A DNA stretch of 63,764 bases, counting the filler. It is 7 parts of 7 records of this genome, joined end to end, with 100 filler letters (N's around TTAATTAATTAA, not from the genome) between each part and the next. Parts side by side here need not be neighbours in the genome. Positions count along the whole stretch, not along the records: positions 25,061 to 33,995 come from SRR31156797_8461; positions 34,096 to 40,755 come from SRR31156797_8467; positions 40,856 to 50,580 come from SRR31156797_8489; 4 more parts are not named here. One strand, written 5' to 3'. Shown here piece after piece: positions 30,649 to 40,988 of the stretch (the stretch's first letter is position 1; each line of letters begins with the position of its first letter). The translations under genes and the position numbers were made by a program. A model generated the notes under the pieces. That model saw nothing but the letters and a program-made list of their open reading frames with translations. It was not told where the DNA came from and ran no database searches.

Positions 30649-32538
30649 CTATTTTAACCTCATCATAACGACACTCCATTTTGGAAGGTTAAGGTAAACA
30701 TTACCATCAGATTGTGTCCATGGTTCATAGTAAGCATTTCCTGCTCCATCCCATCCTCCATATGTTGAATCTTGAGTACACAGAATTTGCTCCCATTGTC
30801 CAAATTGCGAATCAGTAGCTACACCATAAGAGTAATCAGTAAAGTCAGTATCACTCATATTTACTACTACTAATACTAAATTTCCATTTCCGTCCCAACG
30901 TTTAAATGCATATACATTATTAGTACTATCTGCATGTGTTTCCAATACTGTTCCAGTTCTTAATGCTGCATTTTCCCATCTTATATTATTTACAGCTGTT
31001 ACTAACCTTCTCATCTCAAGACCTTGCCAATCTTCAGAATATTCCCAGTTAAATCTATGATCTCCCAAAGTATCACTTCCATCATGCCAGTATCCCGGAG
31101 TATGAATTTCTGTACCCATAAACATCATAGGTGTTCCAGGTATTGCAACATTTAGAGCCCATCCCATTCTTGTCTTTGCTCTTGCCCACCAGTTGTCTCT
31201 ACCACCTAAGTGTTCTACAAGGTATCTATGCTCTCCATCTTCAGCTTCTCCGCTTTCAGTATCTCCACAATCATCATGACTTCCTAATAAATATTTAATT
31301 GTGTTTGTATGCTCATAATATCCATCCCATCCAAGGAAAGATCTTATATTTCCAATAGGATCATCTTGCCATCTTACTATGTCTTCAAAGTTATGATGTG
31401 CAGATGCTACCCAGTTTGCATTAAATCCATATTCAGTAACAGATTTTTCATCTCCACTCATACCTAAATGCTCAGAAGTTAAATATTTATCAGGATACAT
31501 CGTTCTAACTTCATTTGTTATATATTCTAAGCTTGATGTATCTATATAAGTTGTAGCATCAAATCTTAAACCATCTGCATTATAATCACTAAAGTACATT
31601 TTTGCATTTTCGGCAAAGAAGTCTTTTACTTCTGATTTCCAGTGTGCAGGTCCTGTCCCCCAAGGAGTTTCCCAGCCACCTTCAAAATACACATTATCAG
31701 TTCCATCGTATTCCCAAAGTATGCTGTCTCCCGGACCTGCATGATTGTATACAACATCAAATATTACTGCTAAACCTTTTTGATGTGCTGTATCTACAAA
31801 ATGTCTTAGATCGTCAGGACTACCATACGCTGACTCCGGAGTATAGAAAAATGCAGGATTATATCCCCATGATCTATCTCCTGAAAATTCTTGTACTGGT
31901 AATAGCTCTATTGTATTGAATCCTAAAGAACTTATATAGTCTAATTTTGCCTCTACATCTGCAAATGTGGCAATATTATTTTCTCCAACATCTACTCCAT
32001 CACCATATCCTGCAAAAGATCCTATATGCATTTGATAAATTAAAAAATCATTAAATGATGGTGTTGTAAATGATGACCAGTTATAACTTGGATCTACTAC
32101 AATTGATTTATTATCATCTGATGAAAGTCCTGAGTGATGTGTATCTTTTGCAGCCGGATCATGCTTTAGTGTATCAGTTCCATCGATTTCTACTAGATAT
32201 TTATATTCGCTACCTGCTGATGCCTCTTCTACTAAACCTGACCAATAACCATTTTCTTGCACCAGGTTATCGACGTCCTCTGTCCAATTGTTGAAATCTC
32301 CAACTACATCTACTTCTGTTGAATTCGGAGCCCATACTTTAAAGAACACTCCATCAGGTGTTATAGTAGCTCCAACCTCATAATCAGCTGCGTTATAACC
32401 TGATACGCTAAGTTGACTTGTATCAGTAATCCCTAATAATTCGGTCGCCTGATTTTTAGTTGATTCCTCATTGCTTAAACACCCTGCCCCCGTTAGCAGT
32501 AAAGAAATTAATGCAAAATACACGATAGTTCTTTTCAA
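30649..32538 (-). CDS. GH13 alpha-amylase-family lipoprotein with CBM48 (branching enzyme / trehalohydrolase-like)
   Basis: Lipobox GAGC, FKVWAPN..VVGDFNNW, SWGYNP, DVVYNH, GLRFDA, SEH, SHD; TTG start behind AGGAGG. Confidence 0.88.
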   Translation of the reverse strand: MKRTIVYFALISLLLTGAGCLSNEESTKNQATELLGITDTSQLSVSGYNAADYEVGATITPDGVFFKVWAPNSTEVDVVGDFNNWTEDVDNLVQENGYWSGLVEEASAGSEYKYLVEIDGTDTLKHDPAAKDTHHSGLSSDDNKSIVVDPSYNWSSFTTPSFNDFLIYQMHIGSFAGYGDGVDVGENNIATFADVEAKLDYISSLGFNTIELLPVQEFSGDRSWGYNPAFFYTPESAYGSPDDLRHFVDTAHQKGLAVIFDVVYNHAGPGDSILWEYDGTDNVYFEGGWETPWGTGPAHWKSEVKDFFAENAKMYFSDYNADGLRFDATTYIDTSSLEYITNEVRTMYPDKYLTSEHLGMSGDEKSVTEYGFNANWVASAHHNFEDIVRWQDDPIGNIRSFLGWDGYYEHTNTIKYLLGSHDDCGDTESGEAEDGEHRYLVEHLGGRDNWWARAKTRMGWALNVAIPGTPMMFMGTEIHTPGYWHDGSDTLGDHRFNWEYSEDWQGLEMRRLVTAVNNIRWENAALRTGTVLETHADSTNNVYAFKRWDGNGNLVLVVVNMSDTDFTDYSYGVATDSQFGQWEQILCTQDSTYGGWDGAGNAYYEPWTQSDGNVYLNLPKWSVVMMRLK

Positions 32539-32742
32539 CTTGTTTCCTCCTTTTTTTATTGATGCCTTTTATATTTTTTAATAATAAAAGCTATTTGTGT
32601 CATTGAAGTAATTCCCCATGAGGAAAGGTTTTTTTCAATATCTTTCCTCTTCTGAAGTTTGCCAAGTTATCATTAACCAGTTAATGTTTAATAATACTAA
32701 AAATTACATACCTATTTACACTATTACTTTTCCCCTTTTTAT

Positions 32743-32916
32743 TGGAATCGATTCATTTTTGATCAACGTTGTATTTCAGTATACATGATTCTTTTTTAAA
32801 TGTCAACGTTCATAATCAACACATTTTTACTAGTTACAACTAGTGCATTGTTCTATTATTTTGAAACTGATAGTCATTTTTCAAAAAAATCAATTAAAAA
32901 GTGGAAACGTTTATCA
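32743..32916. promoter_or_regulatory. Cluster of LacI/CcpA-type operator-like palindromes upstream of the GH13 gene
   Basis: GAATCGATTC (32745-32754), CAACGTTG (32764-32771), CAACGTT (32804-32810), TGGAAACGTTTATCA (32902-32916). Confidence 0.4.
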
Positions 32917-33267
32917 AAATTTGTTGGTTATTTTCAAAAAAAACAACTTTTCAGATTAATTGAAAATTTCATATTTTTTTACAAAAAACTCTAAACTAAC
33001 AGATCAACTACAGGTATTGAAATCACTAATATTAATATAAATAAGAGTGAAATAATTAGTTTGTAATTTTCGCTATTCAGCACTTTCAAAACTAGAAATG
33101 CAGTTTCATTAAACTCTAAATCTGCTGGAAATAAGTTTGGAAATATTTTAAACAATCAAATTTATATATATAATGAATTTGTAATAATTACTAAAATGTG
33201 TTAATTTAAATATAATGTTAAGTTATGTGTATAAAACTAAAAAAAACTATAATGTATCTTAAAAGAG

Positions 33268-33995
33268 GTGAAAAAAATGAAAAAGATAATGTTCATTATT
33301 TTTTTGTCATTTTCATTAGCAAGCTATAGTACAGAAAAACTTACATTCGGTGCTTTGAAATGGGAACCTTTCTTCTCACCTGAACTACCTGAATCTGGTT
33401 TTTTCGTTGCAATAACCAGAGAAGCATATAGAAGGGCAGGTTATGATATTGAAGTGGAGTTCGTATCATGGGCTAGAGCTGTTGAGGATGGAAAAAATGG
33501 CATTAATAATGGTGTACTAGGCTCGATCTATAATGAGGAAAGAACTGAATATTTCCACTATAGTGATGTGATCTCTTTTAACGAGGATGTATTTATTCAG
33601 AAAAAAGGTTCAAATCATAAATTTGATTCATTTGATAATCTTAAAGGACTCAAGATAGGGACAATTAGAGGTTCTGCACAAACAGCAAAATTAGAGAACT
33701 TAGGAATGGATTTGGAACTAGTATCTAAACCAGAAATAAATATAAGGAAACTAAATGCCGGAAGGTTAGATTTAATATTAATCGGTAGAAAGTATTTTAA
33801 TCATTATATTGAATTCACAGAGCCTAGGTTACAAGGAAATATGGAGATACTTCCAAAACCTTTTAGAAAGAATGAAGTATATTTATTGATCTCAAAAAAG
33901 AATAAAGACGGAGTAGAGCTTATAGAGAATTTTAATAAGGAGCTTGCAGAGATGAGAATGGATGGATCGTATGATGAAATATTAGAGAGATTTGG
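33268..33995 (+). CDS. Family 3 solute-binding protein (3' end cut by contig end)
   Basis: Signal peptide, WEPF, SWARA, IGTIRG, LNAGRLD, FNKELAEMRMDGSY. Confidence 0.8.
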
Positions 33996-34095
33996 NNNNN
34001 NNNNNNNNNNNNNNNNNNNNNNNNNNNNNNNNNNNNNNNTTAATTAATTAANNNNNNNNNNNNNNNNNNNNNNNNNNNNNNNNNNNNNNNNNNNN
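33996..34095. other. Artificial contig spacer
   Basis: N-run with TTAATTAATTAA. Confidence 0.98.
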
Positions 34096-34885
34096 TTTTG
34101 TTGTGGATGAAAAGACGCTGAACGTCCCGGATCAACATCTCCTGAATCGCTTCGGACAACAGGATGTCAACGGAAACAGCGTAAACAGGCGTGTTCATGA
34201 TTTCACCCGCTTTGCTGTTTGGGGAGACACCATGATGAAATGCTACGATCAGGTCCGTTTTTGAAATGACACCTGCTGCGGATTGACGCTCGTCCACGAC
34301 GAGCAGCGCTCCCATGCGATGTTCGGACAGCGCTTCGATGACGCTGAAGAGCAGGTCTGACCGATTGCAGTAAATCGTATTTTTCGTCATGACCTCTTTT
34401 ACCTTGAAATGATCCGATGCACCGGTTCCCGCAAGGTTTTCTCTTTGTTTGGCGATGCCGCGATCACAGGTACGACAATATCGGTAGATCAGCCCTACGA
34501 TGTCAGCATAGGAAATCGTTCCGATGACCTCTTCACGATTAGCACCGGTAATGTACAGGCGATGCACCCCGGCCGCATCCATAATTTCTAGGGCAGTTTC
34601 CACCGGATCATCGGCAAAGCAGGCGATCGGTTGGCTGCCTGCCACATCGCTCAAGGCGGTGGATGTGGGGAATTCTGCGTAGAAAGCTCCCATGAGGTCG
34701 GTTTTTGAAACGACGCCGTTAGGGATACCTGCATCCGTCAACAGCACAGCGTTTGTTTTGTATCGTATCATGAAACGGATGCACTGCCCGATGTCCGACG
34801 ATTCGGGCAGACAGACAACTTGTTTTCGCATGGCCTGCCCTACGGTGATACCGCTCAATACGGATTGTGCTTCAAAGACGGGCAT
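34096..34885 (-). CDS. Four-CBS-domain protein (3' truncated)
   Basis: Repeated CBS signatures (GVVSKTDL, GTISYADI, GVISKTDL); YCRTC in the linker. Confidence 0.85.
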
Positions 34886-34900
34886 TGCATTTATTCTCCA

Positions 34901-35374
34901 TCAAATCGTGGCAGCACGCATCGTGTCTATCAGGTGGTAAAACGCGTCCGATACGTAAACAATACCGACAACGACTGAATTTTTTACGACAGGCAGCCGT
35001 CTGATGTGTTTTTTAATCATGATTTCAGAGATGATCATCAGATGCGTTTCAGGTTTGACCGTAACCACATCGGTCGTCATGATATCGTCCACGCAAATGG
35101 TTTGAATGGATTTTAACCGTCCTCTGTAGGCTTGATTGAGATCCAGATCTTCCATTTCACCGAGGATGGAAACATGTTTAGGCTGGACGAAATTCAGGAT
35201 GTCGTACATGGAAAGCATGCCGACCAGGCGTTCATCATCGTCGGTAACCATCATTCCGAAGATTCGTTTTTCCTCGCTCTGCGATGCCTCCTGAAACGAT
35301 AAGATTGCTTCTGCAATGGTTTGCCGTGGATGGAGTGTGTGAAAATTCGTGTTCATAAAATCTTTGGCGAACAT
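34901..35374 (-). CDS. CBS-pair protein
   Basis: AKDFM, LVGMLSMYDI, DIMTTDVVTV, RRLPVV. Confidence 0.88.
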   Translation of the reverse strand: MFAKDFMNTNFHTLHPRQTIAEAILSFQEASQSEEKRIFGMMVTDDDERLVGMLSMYDILNFVQPKHVSILGEMEDLDLNQAYRGRLKSIQTICVDDIMTTDVVTVKPETHLMIISEIMIKKHIRRLPVVKNSVVVGIVYVSDAFYHLIDTMRAATI

Positions 35375-35388
35375 GGTGAACTCCTTTT

Positions 35389-36483
35389 CTACAGCATATT
35401 TTCAGAAACCGCCTGATTCTTACCATTTTTTTTCGCTTTGTATAAGCATTGGTCGGCCCGGTCGACAAGGCTCTTTACCGTGTCGCCTTTTCGATAGGCG
35501 CTGATCCCGATACTGACGGTGATCTTCAATACGTCCGGTTTTTTGGAGTCGTCTGCCGCGTATCGGGCTGAGGCAATCGTTTTACAAAGCTGTTTTGCTT
35601 TTTTCGTGGCGTTCCTAAGAGACGCGCCGGGAAGAATCAGAGAGAACTCCTCTCCACCGTAACGGGCGAGAAAGTCATCACCGCGAACGGAGCTTTTGCA
35701 TTTGTTTGCAAATGCCATGAGCATGCGGTCTCCCACGGTATGGCCGTATCTGTCGTTCAGTTTTTTAAAATCGTCGACATCCAGCATAAGAAACGAAAAA
35801 GGGGTCTTGGCGACCCTGTTTCGTTCCACCATCCGTAGAAGATAACCGTCCAGCGCTTTGCGGTTGTTCACTCCGGTTAGGCCGTCCGTGTTGGCGGTGT
35901 GTTGTGCTTTGTTTAATTCCGCCTTCAACACCTCCACCTGGCTGGAGAGTGCATCGATCCTCTTTTGGTCCAGTTTCTCTTTCTCCCGGACCATGGCACT
36001 CATATTTTCCACTTCATGAAGAAGTTCAGTTTTCATCCGCTTGAGGTCATCCAACCGGGTTATGTCCTCGAATCGTTCTCCCTGTGATCGAATATTACTG
36101 TAAAAATCCCTGTTTTCGTTGTCCTGGGCACTCATCACCGCCGACATCAAATCGATGATTTCCTTGTATTCAGCTTCTCGCTCGTCAAGGTAAGCATTTT
36201 GTCGTTGGATATGTCGAACGACCTTTTCTTTCTTGCGGCTGAATTTAGAGGCGATGGATTTAGTTGTCTCGGTTGCCTGAAAAGCTTGCTGGAGTTCGAT
36301 GAGCTCCTTTTTGAATTCATTTGCCTTTATTTCAGGTAGGTCCAGTGTGTACTCATGAACGAAAAAAAACATGGCCCGCATGCAATCCGAAAAAAGGTCC
36401 AATCGTTCTTGCGCATCGTCGATGGTCATCATCGGCATTGAAGGTTTTTGTTCTACGCCACTTTTCTTTCCAAACAATTTCAT
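35389..36483 (-). CDS. Soluble coiled-coil diguanylate cyclase
   Basis: DGLTGVNNR, DVDDFK, RGDD I-site, YGGEEF. Confidence 0.92.
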   Translation of the reverse strand: MKLFGKKSGVEQKPSMPMMTIDDAQERLDLFSDCMRAMFFFVHEYTLDLPEIKANEFKKELIELQQAFQATETTKSIASKFSRKKEKVVRHIQRQNAYLDEREAEYKEIIDLMSAVMSAQDNENRDFYSNIRSQGERFEDITRLDDLKRMKTELLHEVENMSAMVREKEKLDQKRIDALSSQVEVLKAELNKAQHTANTDGLTGVNNRKALDGYLLRMVERNRVAKTPFSFLMLDVDDFKKLNDRYGHTVGDRMLMAFANKCKSSVRGDDFLARYGGEEFSLILPGASLRNATKKAKQLCKTIASARYAADDSKKPDVLKITVSIGISAYRKGDTVKSLVDRADQCLYKAKKNGKNQAVSENML

Positions 36484-36865
36484 TGGGATCGTCCCCGATA
36501 TTGATCAAAAGTGATGAGTATACAAATTGTCGATCCAGAACTGATTGTCCTGTCGTCCATTTCTTCCGTCCGGTGCTATTGGAATGAACGGTTGAAAATT
36601 CCTGATCCTGTGACCGTAGCACAATTACCAATTCAGTGGAAGGTTCCACTTTAGCGGTCTTTTTACCGTTTCGACCTTGACCCTTAACGCCGTTGTTCCT
36701 TCACGGTTCTGTTGGAATGGCCGTACGCTGGTATTTGTTTGTTCTTTGGGATTTGAATCTTGCAATTTATCTGCTATTTGGGTGGCGGGTCTTTGCTTTT
36801 GTTGATTTTAACATCGATTTTACGAGTTGAATCGATCATTCATTGAGGAAATTAGAGATCATCCC

Positions 36866-37789
36866 ATGACAACACCCAATCTTAGCGTGGATATCGGCGG
36901 TTTGAAACTTCAAAATCCAATTTTAACCGCATCCGGTACGTTTGGTTATGCCGGAGAATTTGATTCTTACATCGATTTGAACCGATTGGGCGGAATTGTT
37001 GTCAAGGGCCTTTCGATGGAGCCTTCAAAGGGCAACCCCCCGCCGCGTATTGTGGAAACCCAATGCGGTATGCTCAATGCCATCGGGCTTGAAAATGTTG
37101 GCGTAGATGCCTTTATTCGTGAAAAATTGCCGTTTCTTGAAACGCTTGTACCTCCTACCATTGCCAATATCTATGGTAAGACGGTTGAAGAGTATGCATT
37201 GTTGGCAAAGCGATTGGAGCCGTATGAAGCGGTAAAAGGCCTTGAAGTGAATATCTCATGTCCCAATGTAAAAGAGGGGGGCGTTGTTTTTGGTTCCGAT
37301 CCCAAACTCGCTTTTGAAGTGGTGAAAAATGTCCGGGAAATGACAACCAAGCATCTGATGGTAAAACTTTCCCCCAACGTAACGGACATCGTTCAGATGG
37401 CAAAAGCTGTTGAAGATGCCGGGGCGGATTCCCTTTCCGTAATCAACACCATTACCGCAATGGCCGTGGACCTGGCGACCCGTCGACCCAAACTGGCGAA
37501 CATCACAGGTGGTTTGTCCGGTCCCGCTATTAAACCCGTTGCCCTTCGGATGGTCTGGCAAACCGCCGGAGCGGTAACAATCCCCGTGGTGGGTGTGGGC
37601 GGGATCATGAATGCGGAGGATGCATTGGAATTTATGATGGTGGGGGCTACTGCCGTGCAGGTGGGGACGGCCAATTTCGTAAACCCGGACAGCACCTTGG
37701 CAATTCTTGACGGAATGGCGGCGTGGCTGAATAAAGAAGGTATGGAAAACGTAAATGAGTTGATCGGATCACTTGTTGTGGACCCATAA
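36866..37789 (+). CDS. pyrD: Dihydroorotate dehydrogenase, class 1B catalytic subunit
   Basis: ASGTFG, NAIGLEN, NISCPNV, KLSPN, GGLSG. Start placed at ATG 36866. Confidence 0.93.
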   Translation: MTTPNLSVDIGGLKLQNPILTASGTFGYAGEFDSYIDLNRLGGIVVKGLSMEPSKGNPPPRIVETQCGMLNAIGLENVGVDAFIREKLPFLETLVPPTIANIYGKTVEEYALLAKRLEPYEAVKGLEVNISCPNVKEGGVVFGSDPKLAFEVVKNVREMTTKHLMVKLSPNVTDIVQMAKAVEDAGADSLSVINTITAMAVDLATRRPKLANITGGLSGPAIKPVALRMVWQTAGAVTIPVVGVGGIMNAEDALEFMMVGATAVQVGTANFVNPDSTLAILDGMAAWLNKEGMENVNELIGSLVVDP

Positions 37790-37808
37790 AGGAGAGGAAG
37801 GAAAAGAA

Positions 37809-38393
37809 ATGACGAGAAAATGGATTGCACTTTTTGGCGCATTGCTGCTGGTATTCGCCGGAGTCGGTACCGGAATGGCAGATGAAGTTGAAATTCTGGG
37901 CGTAAAGTTCCCTACCGAAAAGGTACTTGAGGGCAAGACATTAAAACTGAACGGAGTCTCCTATCTGAAAAAGCTGGGGTTCGTTAAGGTATACGCCGTT
38001 GGCCTCTACCTGGAGCAGACAACCCAGAAACCGCAGGAAGTCATCGAATCCGAACAGGTCAAATACATGCTGACCCATTACCTGACCAGCAAAGCAACCG
38101 CAAAAAAGATCAGAGAAGGGTTTATTGAATTGATGGAAAAGGGCAATCCCGAAGATTTGGTGGCCGCAAATCGCTCCGATATCGAGACCTATGCGTCCTG
38201 GCTGGACGCAGACATGAAGCCCGGACTTACTTCCGAATCGTTGTATGTACCTGGTAAAGGGCTTACGCTTACCTATCAGGGAAAGGTCAAAGGCACCATA
38301 GCGGGCAGCACCTTTGCCCAGATGTACTATCGGTACAATGTTGGGGAGAAGGCAGACAAGAAAATCCGCAAAGGACTGTTGGGGTTGAAGTAA
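37809..38393 (+). CDS. Exported chalcone-isomerase-like protein
   Basis: Signal peptide; LKLNG..VKVYAVGLYL..YVPGKG..LLG pattern. Start placed at ATG 37809. Confidence 0.75.
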   Translation: MTRKWIALFGALLLVFAGVGTGMADEVEILGVKFPTEKVLEGKTLKLNGVSYLKKLGFVKVYAVGLYLEQTTQKPQEVIESEQVKYMLTHYLTSKATAKKIREGFIELMEKGNPEDLVAANRSDIETYASWLDADMKPGLTSESLYVPGKGLTLTYQGKVKGTIAGSTFAQMYYRYNVGEKADKKIRKGLLGLK

Positions 38394-38397
38394 AAGA

Positions 38398-38487
38398 GAG
38401 TTCAGGAGACAGAAGATAGACGTCAGAACAGCCGGTTTTCAACCGGTTTGAACAAAAACTGACCCCTGATTTCTGTCTCCTGTATTC
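38398..38487. repeat. Inverted repeat built from degenerate 7-bp units
   Basis: TCAGGAG ACAGAAG ATAGACG TCAGAAC ... CTGACCC CTGATTT CTGTCTC CTGTATT; CAGGAGACAGAA pairs perfectly with TTCTGTCTCCTG. Confidence 0.6.
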
Positions 38488-38494
38488 TTCATTG

Positions 38495-40033
38495 CTACAA
38501 TGTTTGCGAAGCTTTCACCGGATGTTCTTTCAGGTATTCCAAGCGATTCAGGCCGTTGATATAGGCCTTTGCGCTTGCCGTAATGATGTCGGGATCCGAG
38601 CCACGGCCCAGAGCGACCAGGCCGTTTTCCCGCAGACGCACCGTCACCTCACCCTGGGCGTCGGTTCCCCCAGTCAGCGCGCTAACGGTAAAGCGGAGCA
38701 GATCCGCTTTGGCATTGGTTAACTGGGCAATGGTGTTGAACGCCGAGTCAATCGGCCCGTTTCCATAGTTGGCCCCTTGAACGGAGCGGTCGTTGATGGA
38801 AAGCTTGACACTGGACATGGGCAGGACCGTGGTGCCGCAGGTAACATGCAGGTATTCCAGCTTGAAAACTTCGCTGGATCGCAGCACACCTTCCGTGACC
38901 AGGGCTTCCAGGTCCTCGTCCATCACATGTTTTTTCTTGTCAGCCAGATTCTTGAACTGCTTGAAAACAGTCTTCAGCTCTTCCTCTGAGAGGTCGTATC
39001 CCAATCCTTTCAGGTGAGTGTGCAGGGCGTGGCGTCCGGAATGTTTTCCCAGCACCAGTTGGTTTTTGCTCAGACCGATGGTTTCCGGCTTCATGATCTC
39101 GTAGGTCATGGGATTTTTCAAAACCCCATCTTGGTGGATGCCCGCTTCATGGGAAAAGGCATTGGCCCCAACGATAGCCTTGTTGGGCTGTACCATGATA
39201 CCTGTGATCATGCTGACCAGACGGCTGGTGGGATAGATATGCTCGGTATGGATACCGGTCTGCAGCGGTAAAAGGTTCTGGCGGGTATTCAGGGCCATGA
39301 CGACCTCTTCCATGGAGGTGTTGCCGGCTCGCTCTCCAATGCCATTGATGGTTACCTCGGCTTGCCTGGCCCCGGCATTAATGGCTGCGATGGTGTTGGC
39401 CGTGGCAAGGCCCAGGTCGTTGTGGCAATGAACGCTTAAGGTCGCTTTGTGCATATTGGGCGTGTTGGCCATTACATATCGAACCATTTCCTCGAACTCC
39501 TGGGGCACGGCATAGCCCACCGTGTCGGGAAGGTTGATCGTGGTCGCACCCGCTTCGATGGCTGCTCCGAATACTTTGCAGAGGTAATCCCGGTCGCTTC
39601 TGGAGCCGTCTTCGGCCGAAAATTCAACGTTTTCGGTAAAGGTCTTCGCGTATTTCACGGCCTCAACAGCCGTTTTGAGAACTTCTTCCCGGTCCATATT
39701 CAATTTATATTTCAAATGAAGATCAGAGGTGGCGATGAAGGTATGGATGCGGGGCTTCGCCGCATTTTTGACGGCCCCCCATGCCTGGTCGATATCGTCT
39801 TTGCCAGTGCGGGCCAGTCCGGCGACTTCCGTATTTTTGAGCCGACCTGCGATTTCGGAAACAGCTTCGAAATCTCCTTCGGATGCTGCGGGAAAACCCG
39901 CCTCGATGATATCTACACCCAGTTTTTCCAGTTGAATCGCCAGTCGCAGCTTTTCATTGGTGTTCATGCTGGCACCAGGGCTTTGCTCACCGTCTCTTAA
40001 CGTTGTGTCAAATATTTTTATGCGATCTGTCAT
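38495..40033 (-). CDS. leuA: 2-isopropylmalate synthase
   Basis: FDTTLRDGEQ, HCHNDLG, GIGERAGN, HEAGIHQDG, full regulatory domain. Start placed at ATG 40033 behind AAGGAG. Confidence 0.95.
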   Translation of the reverse strand: MTDRIKIFDTTLRDGEQSPGASMNTNEKLRLAIQLEKLGVDIIEAGFPAASEGDFEAVSEIAGRLKNTEVAGLARTGKDDIDQAWGAVKNAAKPRIHTFIATSDLHLKYKLNMDREEVLKTAVEAVKYAKTFTENVEFSAEDGSRSDRDYLCKVFGAAIEAGATTINLPDTVGYAVPQEFEEMVRYVMANTPNMHKATLSVHCHNDLGLATANTIAAINAGARQAEVTINGIGERAGNTSMEEVVMALNTRQNLLPLQTGIHTEHIYPTSRLVSMITGIMVQPNKAIVGANAFSHEAGIHQDGVLKNPMTYEIMKPETIGLSKNQLVLGKHSGRHALHTHLKGLGYDLSEEELKTVFKQFKNLADKKKHVMDEDLEALVTEGVLRSSEVFKLEYLHVTCGTTVLPMSSVKLSINDRSVQGANYGNGPIDSAFNTIAQLTNAKADLLRFTVSALTGGTDAQGEVTVRLRENGLVALGRGSDPDIITASAKAYINGLNRLEYLKEHPVKASQTL

Positions 40034-40280
40034 TTTTTGCTCCTTTGGTGGTACTGTTTTACACGGAAATCCGATCCAGCGGACCGTATAAGGATTTCCA
40101 CTGGTTCCGGGCAAACCGATAAGAATTTGGAATTGTTGGCAAAAAAAGGCGTGGTATCCGTTTAGCCGAGCATGGGCCGCGGGAATTGGCTGGAAGCCTG
40201 CCCCGCGGCGTTAATCCCTTCCTCGGTTATGATAGACGGGTGCTTTGAACGTTTCATTCGTTATCTTCTATCTGTAAAAA

Positions 40281-40755
40281 TTAATCTGATTGTTTGGATA
40301 GTTTGTATTGAAAACTGTCCGCCAGCGCATGCCAGCTGGCTTCGATAATATCTTCGGAAACACCGATGGTGCTCCAGATCCGATCCTGGTCTCTCGATTC
40401 GATAAAAACACGCACTTTGGCTGCCGTACCGTCGCGGCCGTCAACCACCCGCACTTTGAAATCCACCAATTGCATGGCTTCCAGGTCTGGATAGAATTTG
40501 CCTAGGGCTTTGCGTAGCGCGTTGTCCAGTGCACTGACAGGACCGAGGCCTTCAGCGGCAGTGATTTCCTGAGTGTCTCCCACTGAAATCTTGATGGTTG
40601 CATGGGCGCTGCACGGGAAATTTTTATCTTTTTCAATGGTTACCCGGAAAGACTCCAGGTCGAACAAGGGGGTGAATTGCTCGGTGAATTTTTCGAGCAT
40701 AATTTGAAAGGAGCCGTCTGCAACATCGAACTGGTACCCTTCGTCTTCCATCTGT
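40281..40755 (-). CDS. cimA: Citramalate synthase, C-terminal fragment
   Basis: EGYQF, GPVSALDNALRKAL, DFKVRV, WSTIGVSEDIIEASW. Confidence 0.85.
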
Positions 40756-40855
40756 NNNNNNNNNNNNNNNNNNNNNNNNNNNNNNNNNNNNNNNNNNNNT
40801 TAATTAATTAANNNNNNNNNNNNNNNNNNNNNNNNNNNNNNNNNNNNNNNNNNNN
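40756..40855. other. Artificial contig spacer
   Basis: N-run with TTAATTAATTAA. Confidence 0.98.
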
Positions 40856-40940
40856 TACCCACGCGAAAGATTCGCGCGGTAGCGGGGCGGCACGGTGCTT
40901 CGGTTTTATAAACATATCACTTCGTCGTACCTCCTCGTCT
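40856..40940. repeat. GC-rich REP-like palindromic remnants at contig start
   Basis: CGCGAA-aga-TTCGCG hairpin, then CTTCGTCGTACCTCCTCG, in an otherwise AT-rich contig. Confidence 0.4.
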
Positions 40941-40988
40941 CCGATTGCGTGTTACAGATACTTTCATTCAATATCTCTGATCCTCGAT

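Noticed and set aside
32560..32700. c-di-GMP-I riboswitch upstream of the GH13 gene (GGCAAAC on the minus strand)
   Set aside because: The remaining consensus elements and stems could not be found.
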